A stretch of 64,000 bases of DNA from Pavona decussata (Eukaryota). Each line of letters begins with the position of its first letter. Position 1 is the first letter of the stretch. Shown piece by piece: positions 37,274 to 47,721 of the stretch. The stretch is from positions 496,001 through 560,000 of the forward strand of contig CDRNST010000233.1 of NCBI GenBank assembly GCA_977016875.1, written 5' to 3'. The position numbers were made by a program, and so were the translations under genes. Under the pieces are notes generated by a model. The model was not told where the DNA came from. It ran no database searches and worked only from the letters and a program-made list of their open reading frames with translations.

Positions 37274-38389
37274 ATGCAAGGAGCGAATTTTTCGTCCAGC
37301 ATCTCTACGAACAACTTTTCTTCGCCTTACAATGGAACAGCACTTAAGATAAAGATCTATGGTTATAATCACTCAGTGAATCATTCAGCCAGAATCACAC
37401 TCTTAATATTATTGTTTTCTGTAGGGATTGCAGGGTTTGTCGGAAATGTTCTTGTACTGTGCTTCTTGAAGACAAAGAAGAAGACCAATTCGTTTCTAAG
37501 GACTTGTTCGTTCGAGAGGAACTTCACGTTTTATATTGGGAGTCTGGCGACTTCTGACGTTCTTTCATCTCTTATTTCAGTTTCTGCGATTTGTGCCGAG
37601 TTAAATTTCGATTTATTTCATACAGGCTGGCGTTGTAAATTGGTGAAGTATCTAATATTTTTGTTCCCATCTATTACTATGAACAACTTGCTAGTTATTA
37701 ATATTGAGAAGTATTTTTCAACTCGTAAAGTTCCGCGCATTTTTAAGTATTCTACTGTGAAAAAGATGGTGTTGTTAGCATGGATGGTAGGAAGTGTGAA
37801 CGCTTTGCTTCCTACGTTAACCTGTACAGGTTTAAGATTTGATCTTAATGAAACTCATTACACTGTGGTCTGCAGGTATGATAACCACCATTTGCCGTTT
37901 AGAATTCTATACTTGTGTTATGCAGCTATTCAATATATTATACCAATGATTATTATAGTCCGAATTAATATATCACTTTTTATCACTGTATGGAGAATCA
38001 CGAGAAGAAGAAAGGTTATCGATGTTCAGCGAGACAACTGCATTAAGATAAAGTTAAGAGCAGCCACGCTCCGCAGTACCTGCAGTATTGCTGCTCTAAC
38101 ATTTGCATTTATCATACCATATGTATTTTACTTTGCTCAAGGAATTTACAGTCACGTCGCCAAGGCAACCATTAATTTTGAAACGGATTTCATTGTCCGT
38201 GGTACAAGTGCCCTGATAGCAATGGCGAATGCAATTGTAAACGTCTTGCTTTACTTGGTGCAAATGCGAGATTTTCGAAATTTTCTAAAGAAAAAGCTCA
38301 AATCATGGTTCAGGGTCCAAAAGCAGGAGGCAGCGGGTTTACCTAATGTAGAAATACAGTTAGTTAGCTTCTCTACGTTAACTCTATAA
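37274..38389 (+). CDS. Orphan class A GPCR, 371 aa, single coding exon, paralog of GPCR1 (GPCR2)
   Basis: Seven TM helices. GFVGN, SLATSD, NIEKY, identical ECL2 DLNETHYTVVCRYDN, DVQRDN and LYLVQM.DFR.FLKK shared with GPCR1. Probable 5'UTR intron 36349-37226. Confidence 0.93.
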   Translation: MQGANFSSSISTNNFSSPYNGTALKIKIYGYNHSVNHSARITLLILLFSVGIAGFVGNVLVLCFLKTKKKTNSFLRTCSFERNFTFYIGSLATSDVLSSLISVSAICAELNFDLFHTGWRCKLVKYLIFLFPSITMNNLLVINIEKYFSTRKVPRIFKYSTVKKMVLLAWMVGSVNALLPTLTCTGLRFDLNETHYTVVCRYDNHHLPFRILYLCYAAIQYIIPMIIIVRINISLFITVWRITRRRKVIDVQRDNCIKIKLRAATLRSTCSIAALTFAFIIPYVFYFAQGIYSHVAKATINFETDFIVRGTSALIAMANAIVNVLLYLVQMRDFRNFLKKKLKSWFRVQKQEAAGLPNVEIQLVSFSTLTL

Positions 38390-38850
38390 AACAAACAGAT
38401 AATCAAATTAATTGTTCTTCCTGTTTGCCCTTTGTTTAAGTAATAAATTTGTAATGCAATGTGATGCTCATTTATCAACCCTTGGGCACGATCTAACAAC
38501 AAACGCATACCCCAACAGTAGCAGTTAGTTTTTGATCTGTTGCAACATTTTAAACTCGTTCAGTATCATCAATAGATTGCCCTCCACAACGCAAGGCAAT
38601 CAAGTGTCTTCATATGACGTCATTATTTGAAAAGCCGCTTTATCTAATCCGCCATCTTGGATTTTTTCGATTTCCAGCAAACGCAACTCAATTGAACCGT
38701 TATATACATTTAACAGAATAAAGGATTGCTTAGCTTTCGTGCTGTCGGCTTGTATTTCCTTCGTAGGGAAAAAGAGCCGTTTGCGAAAAGTAACTACCGA
38801 GTCATGTAATAATTATATTATGCAATAGTTTATTATTAATGATTTTTCTT

Positions 38851-38952
38851 GTGCAATTTGGAATAAATAAGCACTTGTAAATTTTTCAAAGACTACAAGA
38901 ATTTTGTTAGTCTTTGAAAAATTTAGTCGTGCTTATTTATTCCGAATTGCAC
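38851..38952. repeat. Long imperfect hairpin repeat (probable transposon terminus)
   Basis: gtgcaatttggaataaataagcac..taaatttttcaaagacta / tagtctttgaaaaattta..gtgcttatttattccgaattgcac. Confidence 0.75.
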
Positions 38953-39460
38953 TCGAAGTCATGTAAGTACCTGTACTAACAACACAACAACACAACCATG
39001 CCATGTGAGGTCGTGTTACAACTTAAACTATACTATTCCTATACTAAAATAATGCTTATGCTATAGCACTAATAAAATGCCAACCTTGTTTCCAGCTATT
39101 TGAGAAGACTCAACATAAAGAGTGGACGTTGTGCGTTCTTCAAACTCCCGTATATATTCTGATGTGCTTTTAAGTTAACATTTTGATAATGTGGTGTTAA
39201 GGCGTTCCATATCAATTTCAAGCCTCTGTGCGTAACTGAATGCTTTATGTAGTAGTTGTTGAAGCGTGGCGCAACAAGGTTGTGGCAATTCCGTGGACAC
39301 TGTACTGAGTAACATGCCTTTTAAGAACTTTTATCATACATAATAGTGTCGCATCATTCAGCACGGTGCCTACTTTTGTTTTTGCGCGTACGTTCTGCGC
39401 AGCCTACTAATACAGGGATATTTTGCGCGGTTTAAAACTATGCGGAGAAAGCAGAACTTA

Positions 39461-40274
39461 AGGGCCGTTTACACGACCGAAAAAATTGGAACGGTTCGGA
39501 TAAAAAGACGAACGGCTGCGACAAAATTTGACGTGTAAACGGTACTTGACCCGTTCCAGTCTTATCCGTTCCGTTCCTAAAAAGGTCCATAGGCGGCTAT
39601 GGACCCCTTTCGGAACGGAACCGATAAAAAACGGTTCCGTACCCACATTTTTGTTTTCTTTTCAACGTGTAAACGCTCGCCCTTTTTTCGGTACCGTTCA
39701 GTTACGTTTTTTCGGAGCCCGTAGTACTCCACGTCAGTTGTTTAGCATACCATTGATCGTCAGAGTAAGTGCTGTATGCAAGATCAAACCAAGCGCTTGT
39801 TCTTGGAATTTGCCACAAGCTCCGTGCGACTGTGAAGTGCGATACAAGGGCTGTTAATAGGAGAATCGTAAGCCTTGTTTTTCTCCTAATTCGGTACATT
39901 CTCTCAGAAGCATTTCTTTGAAGAATCACTCGCGCTGTCAAACGTGAATTTCGTGTTCTCTTCTTCAGAAGAAACCAGAAAAGTGCTTGTAAATCCATGA
40001 TGGTCGGAGATACGCACAGTGTACTGTATGTGTAAGCGCATATGAACAACTAGTCGAAGCAGTTTTGTTTAATTATTGCGGGCTCTATCGTTACCGGTCT
40101 CGAAGAAAACAACGTGTAAACGGTCTAGTACCCGTTCCAAGGGGCTCTCAAGTACCGTGCCTTTTTCTGTTGGGTACATTACAGAATTTGTACGTGTAAA
40201 CGGGAGATTTCGTCTGGAACCGGTACTTGTTTCTAACCGAGCCGTTCCTTCTCTTTTAACGTGTAAACGCGCCT
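39461..40274 (-). mobile_element. Non-autonomous PIF/Harbinger element A, 814 bp, TTA TSD
   Basis: TTA-agggccgtttacacg ... cgtgtaaacgcgcct-TTA, with repeated cgtgtaaacg subterminal motifs. Minus-strand remnant RSLWQIPRTSAWFDLAYSTYSDDQW resembles the HARBI1-type transposase N-terminus. Confidence 0.85.
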
Positions 40275-40342
40275 TTAGCCAGTGCTTAGTTGGTATCCAT
40301 AAAGAAAATTGGGGGTAACCATGCATTTTCACAGATAATTAA

Positions 40343-42552
40343 AGCCCCATTTACACTACAGAAAATGTTTGGCACGGCTCGGATAAAAATGATACACGTA
40401 CAAAAATATAGCACTGATGTCCTGTTTACATGTCGGTTCCTTTTTTTCTGCAGTGCTAAGCGGTGTGAGAAAATGTTTTGATACGGGTAAAAAGATCAAC
40501 ATCTTGGGTAGCATACGCAATTATTCCTTAAGGTGCATGTAGCCAATGGCTTATTTCATTCAATCATGGCGGGCGAGAAGTATTTGGAGTGCTTACTTCT
40601 AAAAAGGCCACACATCTTGTCACAGGGACGTCGAAAATCAGTCTCTTCCTGTTCTTCTCTCCAGAATTATAGAAAAATTCGAAGATACAAAATGTGCATT
40701 GTAATAGCAGCAACTGTGCTGGCTTGTAACTGTCCTATTGTGACGGGAGGTTTTTCCACTCTAAGCGAACGGGGACGTTACGGGCTATTCTGGACTTCAA
40801 TGGGAGAACTTCTGCGACAATTCTTGGGGAAGATTAACTCAAAGGAGAGCTCGGTTACGAGAAAGGGCCGTCACTCCCTCAAGGTACCAAGATCTAGCCG
40901 CAACTGGATGGCAGAATTAACAGCGACAACTTCACTTTTGGTTCAACTACAGTAGTTCATTATTGAAAGTCGAACTGACATAAGTTCGTCCAACAGTAAT
41001 GGTTGTAACCATGTAATCATGTAATCACTTATAGCGCTACAAACAGGGTTGTATATATATGATTTGCGCATGTATCCATTTGTTAACGGAATACAATAAG
41101 TGCGGCAGTACTTTGAATAACGCGGAAAAGATTAAAAAGCTAAGTTTTAGCACCAAAACCTCACTATTGACTACACTTTTTAATCAAGGGGGACTTTCAC
41201 TATTCAACTGTCCAAAATTAAAAGTTCTTGAGGTGCGTAAACGTAGCAAATGAGTTTTCCGAAGTGTCAGTGAACGCGGGCTCGACTACCGCGTAATTAC
41301 CGTCATTACAGTTCACAAAGCCTTCATTAGAATTCATAACTTAAAAGTTGAGTTATTCATGCACAGAGCGGAGCGAGATCCGTAAAGGGTTAAAGATAAA
41401 CGACTAACTAACAAGTTGTTGATTAAACCCATTTATTGAATACTCCAGAAAACGCAATTACAGAGCGGAATTCATTGACAAGAGTATTCATTTGAAACGA
41501 AACCTATTTACTTCAAGCAACACCTCTAGAGACCCTACGTTGATTGACCTTATTCAGGTCCAGAAAGATAATTTAAAAATATTTCCTTGCATAGCTACTG
41601 TCGGCTTTTCTAATTATTTTCGGCCTTTAGCAACGAGCAAGATTAGGTTTTCAAGATCTTTTGAACAACTTGGCAAATTACTAAGAAGCTATTTAACGAT
41701 AACTAAGGTTACCATTGCTTTTACTAATTGAACGATATATGATAGAACCAATAATAACACAACCTTAAGCCACAAAATACACTTGGATAAATATGAAGTA
41801 TTCCCTATAAATTCGAATACGATTACGATATCGACCGAAATCTCCCTCGACCCAGTCCACTTGGAGCATAATAAGTAACACTCGCTGACTTGTTGTCAAA
41901 CAGTTAACGGAGTAATGATATTGCCCAGTGTCGACATGCTAAATATTGTTTAATTTATATGCGCACAACGGTCCAAACATAATTTGTCAATTTTTACAAC
42001 GAGAAACCCAAAAGTACACAAATTAAATAATTTATTGATTTTCCCTCCTTACACTATCGAGCGACGATTTTGGATGACAGCACGCAGTGGTCACTGGTTT
42101 GAGATGCTAGAAACAGTATCCACGGACAAGGAGTTGATTCCTTTACTTCATTTTCTTTCCAAGAGTGACCGCGAGATTTTCTTGGCGACTTGCTTGTTGC
42201 AGGGCCCGCCGAGTCCGCCATGTTGAATGGAATTTCTACACATGCTCCATCAGATGGTGCTGACCGTGAAGTGACGAAGGCTCGTCAGGAAAAAAATGGT
42301 TTGGCACGGTCAATTGTTTACACGAGCCGCGCGACTTTTTGGGAACGTGTACCATTTTCACCCGTGCTCGGACTACCTTTTCGGAAGGGCCGAGCACGCT
42401 CAGGTGAAATTTTGGTTCGGCAGGGATAAAATTTGGTACGGCAAAATCATTTACACTACAAAATTTACACGAACCGAACCTTTTTTTTTTTTTGCTACGC
42501 GTGCCATTTTTATCCGAGCCGTACCAAAAATTTTCTGTAGGTAAATGGGGCT
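40343..42552 (+). mobile_element. Non-autonomous PIF/Harbinger element B, interrupted by a solo LTR
   Basis: About 55-bp TIRs agccccatttacactacagaaaa..tttgg.acggctcggataaaaatg / catttttatccgagccgtaccaaaa.ttttctgtag-gtaaatggggct. Transposase remnant ...LACNCPI|ERRFWMTARSGHWFEMLETVSTDKE. Left flank is TAA; the right TSD is not clean. Confidence 0.85.
40739..42053. mobile_element. Solo LTR (Gypsy-like), 1315 bp, 4-bp TSD CTAT
   Basis: ctat-TGTGACGGGAGG ... CCTCCTTACA-ctat. Removing it restores the Harbinger frame (CCT ATC GAG CGA CGA TTT TGG). Confidence 0.8.
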
Positions 42553-44069
42553 GCAATCTTCAATTTGAGGGAAAAAATGCAGTACATTGCTTTGTATTTT
42601 AGCGATTTTTAGCATTATTGTTTCTTAGTTATCTCAAAAAAATGCGTGGCGACTTCTAATTTTCTTTTTGGATTCCAATAGTTTTTGCTAAGATGTGAAT
42701 TTTCCAAACAAAGTCTATGATCAATATCTGGTTAATTAAGTTCACCGTTATAGGATTTTGAGCTTTGGCTGCCTGCGCCTGCATGGTCGAACCAGTAGTC
42801 AATGCTGATCTGTGGATGAGTCAGCTATTAATTAGTGTACCATGGTAACCCTGAGGCTGTCTTTCATTGTTATTAGTAGTGCTTTTTAAAATAGTTTTAG
42901 TGTATGCTCGCAGTCAGTGTGGGCGTAATTATTGAACAAGAACAAACGTTAAACCCAGGTGGGTCAAAACTGCCAACAAAGCTAAAATTACACAGAAGGC
43001 ATACTACCAGAAGGGGCCATTCATTTGGTAAAGACTCAAATAAAAACTGAAATTATACTCGCCTGATTTCACTGAATAATAATCCCCTCGGTCCGATTAT
43101 CATATCCTAAAGGATTTAACACTTCGCTCTTTCGGGCTTTGGTTGTTCACTGAAGTGGATAACGTCATTCGATCATGTCATGTGGGAAGAGCATCCGGAA
43201 AGGATCAAACTCGGCTAGGTGGGTCAAGAGTGTTTACAAAGTTAAACTCGCAAAGTCACTGAGTTTAATTAACAAATCACAAGCAGGTAGACTGTGAACA
43301 TTTTGCGTGGGACCATTTATTTAATGTAGGAGAAGAGGAGGGGCTGGTGGCCGCTTACCGTGATATACAAAAAGATCTAATAGTACGTTCGTCCAGGCTC
43401 CGGCCGGTTGTTCAAAGAGTAGCGTTACCCAGTCAGTTCATGTGAGAAGAGTATCTGAAGGCACTCAAACACAGCTAGGTGGATCAAGAGTGTTTAAAAA
43501 GGCGAAAGAAACCGATAAAAGAAAAAAGATGAGAAACGGGTTACCAATTATCATTTTTTTAGTTAATGGAAACTTTTTCAACGACCCTCAGATCAGCAGG
43601 AAGTTTTATTTTTCAGTTGCCCCATTAAATTCCATAACCTAACCCCCTCCCTCCCCACCCCAACGCTCTTCATAATTGAAATGAACTTTGCCTCATTGGA
43701 ACGCTTGTCATATTGCCGTTCAGCTTGTCACTTAGTGTATTTAACCTGACAATTGTAACTGCCGTTAAAGCACCAGGCTAAAGCAAACAAAAAAGACTCA
43801 CAAGAGACCCACAGACCGGTCAACCGATGCGAGCTTTTCCGATGTTTCGGTCTTTTCGCGTATTTTCACGCAAACTCTCATGGATACTCGCACCAGGCAT
43901 GCATTTTGTGTCTGCACGATCCTGGTGAGAGGGCTCCTCGTTTGATGGGTGCATATGTGCAATCCAGCTCTCCGAATTGCTCCGTTTTATGGCAGACCCG
44001 GCAACTACTCGCTTTGCCAATATAGAGCGGGAAAATGGGCCTTACTGGTCGTATCGAATGCCACTTTTT

Positions 44070-44340
44070 ATATCCACTTTTCTTTCTCTGTATTACTTTT
44101 GAGTATGAAAGAGTCTGTATACGTTCTACAGTGTTGTAATCCATACCTAGTCGGGGTAAAAGACGTGCAATGTACTTAGACCAAATGGTAAAAAACAATT
44201 ATCCCCTTTTTTTCTCAGTTTTATTTTTGTGGATGAAAGAGTCTTTATTCGGTCCACAGCGGTACGTGCTGAAAACCATCCCCCATTTAAGACCAGACGG
44301 TATAAAAGACATGCAATGTACTTTAGACCAAATGGATGAA
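44070..44340. repeat. Degenerate tandem duplication, 2 x ~135 bp
   Basis: tatcc.ctttt...atgaaagagtct...taaaagac.tgcaatgtactt(t)agaccaaatgg occurs twice. Confidence 0.75.
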
Positions 44341-44379
44341 ATATTTGATCCAATTTCAAACACCAGTATGAATTAAATC

Positions 44380-44820
44380 TAATTGAGTTATTTATGTATT
44401 CATACTTAGAGGAAATTTGCCAACTGCTTTCTCCGATTACTTCTCAAAGTTTAATGCTATTCATATGCATTATACCAGATCTTTTGAAAAACTACAAAAC
44501 GTATATCAGTTGAAATTAAATTTAATATGGAAGATTCTCAATATACAGAACACGCTCCCAACTGGTTTAAAGGAAATTAAAGCTCTGCAGATATTCAAGA
44601 GAAAATTATTGAAATCTTTTGTACGACAACATAGTGACTCATGGAGGAATTACCTGTTTTGCAGACAAGAATGGTAAGGCCACCATATATAATGTGAATG
44701 TTGAGTTTTTGTTATAGGAGTCTACTAAGAAAAGCTTGTATGAGCTTGCAGAGCAGTCTTCTGCTACTTAATGATGGAATTGATTTAAGCACATTGTTAA
44801 ATTTATGGGCAAATAAATAA
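44380..44820 (+). mobile_element. 3' end of a decayed CR1/L2-type LINE
   Basis: LPTAFSDYFSKFNAIHMHYTRS ... NTLPTGLKEIKALQIFKRKL matches the typical ORF2 C-terminus. Ends in aaataaataa. Confidence 0.65.
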
Positions 44821-46124
44821 CTTCAATCTATAACAGCTCCAAAACCATACCCACTAGGGGTGGTATATACCTAGACTGGTATACCTGTTATGGGCGATTA
44901 CCCCACCCCCCACGGGTCACCTCGTAGAAAGACCTTAGAAAGCTGATACTGGCTCAAATCAGTAAAGTTAAAGAACGAAGGTCAAAAAAGGTTTCTCACT
45001 CTCAAATATTTTCTATCTCTTCATTTCTACCGATCGACGAACCCTGAGAATGTGAGTGCCCGGAGAGTTTAACATGCATGTGCCAAGTTTATTTACAAAC
45101 CGTCACAAGAAGCCAGTTGTCATGTTGTTTGTCTAAGAAAAGTTAATAAAGGTTAATGCCTCACGCCGAGTTTTGAACATTCGCCAAAGCGGCGTATTTC
45201 AATCGGTGTTAGATACCGTAGCTCCTTTGCATTATTTGAGTCGGCTGTGATCATCAAGAACAATAGATTACTTTTTTTAAGAAGGTAAGTTTCTTACATC
45301 ATAAATTTCATGATTACCTTTATAGAAAGTGTTTCATTTACATCAGAGCACAGAGTAAACTTAGTTGGTATACGTGTGGCTCAATTATTTATTTAGTTTC
45401 CCTTCTTAGATAGTTCCCGGCCTTGGTGATTTTTAGTTGTACATATTGTTGTCTACAGTATTTGTTAGAAAAAGAAAATGGATTGAAATATTTTCCTTCC
45501 TGTAACTGCATTCAATTGAACTATAATTTTATATTGCTGAGAGAGTGATGACTCGTACCGCTTTTATTTGCTCAGGCACATAAATGATTCTTTTGTTTTG
45601 AATACAGAAAGCAAGTTTATTATATTTTTAGCATCGCGATCATTTTAGCTCAGCTCAGTTCAGGTTTTTCTTAGTTTTAAAACAATTCTTGCTCCTTCTC
45701 TGTTATGAGTCTACATTATTACGTAAGGTTTTTGTCAAAAGCAGTCATTTTTTGTCAACACAATGCATTGTTCAAAGATTCGTTGATCACGTTCGTGTGA
45801 CATATCATTATTCACCCGCAAAGAAAGAGCGATTTATTGAAAAAAGCGAGACCACCACCATAGCTACACTTTGAATGGATACGTTCATTTTTTATGCGAG
45901 TTTCACCTGTTAACCCCTACGAGTATCTTCTTCCGAGACAGACACACGCACGTGCATGCCATAAAACGACGTGTAGCCGGGACCTACGTGATTGCTATAT
46001 TTAATAAGAGGAATAACATTTATAAAGCGCATTTTGGCATGACAATCCGAAAATCCTTCTGTATGTGAATGGAGTAAATTTTACAAACTAAATACATGGG
46101 CGCTACTGTAGGTTGGTTAATGCA

Positions 46125-46445
46125 TTTTCGTGTTGTTTCCTTAGACAAAAAACGTGACTCCACATTTTATGTATTCACCTGGCCCCGACCTCGTTTAACG
46201 AGTTCCGGCGGCATACTGCTGGGTGTAACCCTGCAGTGGACCCCAACCACAGACAAATATCATTTAACGGAACAAGCCCAAGCACCCCTATTCCCTTACT
46301 CAAAGTTGGAAAAAGAAATATAAACATAACCCGTTTTCGCTTAGAGAACCCAAAGTTTTACACTGTCAACAAGTATCCCTGTTCTAGGGAGGAGTACGTA
46401 GCAATCACTCATTAGCCTCATACCTCAGAAACCCAGTGTTAATCC
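46125..46445 (+). mobile_element. Decayed SINE copy (same family as 31880-32125)
   Basis: gtgttgtttccttagacaa...ctccaca...ccggcggcatactgctgggtgtaaccctgc...agggaggagta...gcaat...agaaacc. Confidence 0.55.
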
Positions 46446-46879
46446 TTATGCCTACCATTTAGGCTCAAAGTTCAATTTTTACCTTAATTATCAAATTCCT
46501 TTGAAAGCGTGCAGAGGTTTTTGTGGCACGTGGAGTACATATGCATTGGGATTAACCTGAGAGTAGCAGACTGCGGGGCCGGTCGGAAAAAGCCGTGAAA
46601 ATATACAGAAATCTCTCTTTATACATGGCAAATGAATGTATAAAATGAGATAAACCATAATTATAATCCTTATAGTAGCTAAATTTATTTTCTGGAGGGA
46701 TGGTTGAGAAACTTCACCTTTGTAGTCATCCAAGAGCCACCAAGTGAATAATAGGCCTTGGCTTGGTCGTTCCATTCGTATTATTATTACTATTATGTAT
46801 ACAGTATTATCATTCTATTTTTAATTCTCAAATTATGTCTATTCTCCTCCGTTTTTTAGAAAAAAGACGTTTTCTTACG

Positions 46880-47689
46880 ATGGCCATTTGTTATCGCTTG
46901 CCTCCTCTGGCTAAAGAAGCAGTCGCTGAATTTTGTTCCACCTTCATTTTATTGGTGAGTAGAGCGTTCATGCTCTGAATGTTTGAGATGGATTTGTTCT
47001 GGTTTTTTTTTTATATATATATATATGTTTCTTTGGTGTTTGGTGTTTTCTGTGGGTTGTTGGTGTTGTTGTTCTTGTAGAACTACACCTCGAAAATTGT
47101 CCTGGCAAGGATTTTCAAAGTTTTGTATGAAGATGCAGATGTTTATTTGTTTTAATTTAATAATTGCATACGGCAAATAAAAAGATTCTATACAAGTTCC
47201 CATGTAAAATAATAAGAGAAGCTTGCAAGAAGCCAAGCAGACGTACATTTCTTTACACACTTTGGTTCGGCTCCTTTTTGTCCTAGCAGATCCCTTTCCT
47301 CAAAGTACTGAGAACCTAAAACCTGATTCAATGGGTTATTAGGCAACGATTTTGCGTTGGATCAGTTATTTCTCTTGCTTTCGTTTTTTTTTCCGCATTT
47401 CCCTACTAATTATTGACAGCAAACATAATGAGCCTCTGTCGTCCTTGGTGTACATGAAAAGGCGTTGAATTCACAGAGATTTGAAGCAGCTTTAGTAGCG
47501 ATTTCATACTGGCCACGCTTGCTGCAATCTTACAATGACGGAGTTGATTGTCAGTACGTTGAGATAATAGGGTTAGTTTCTAACGAAACTGCGGTGCTGC
47601 GTCGGTGGGGAGTAGAAACGAATGTTTAGTTTATGAAAAGGGTCGATAACTAAAGGTAAATTGGCCACGTACCGTGAAGAAATTCGAGT

Positions 47690-47721
<32 letters not shown>

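Larger units (their letters stand above)
39363..42705 (+). mobile_element. Host non-autonomous DNA transposon split by two Harbinger insertions
   Basis: Pieces 39363-39460, 40278-40342 and 42553-42705 join into a sequence colinear with the uninterrupted copy at 53509-53870 (acggtgcc...aaagcaga.cttagc...atcca...gggg.aaccatgcattttt). Confidence 0.7.

Noticed and set aside
39458-42556. Dense cluster of 60-140 aa ORFs as a novel gene cluster
   Set aside because: Explained by GC-rich Harbinger subterminal repeats, transposase remnants and the solo LTR.
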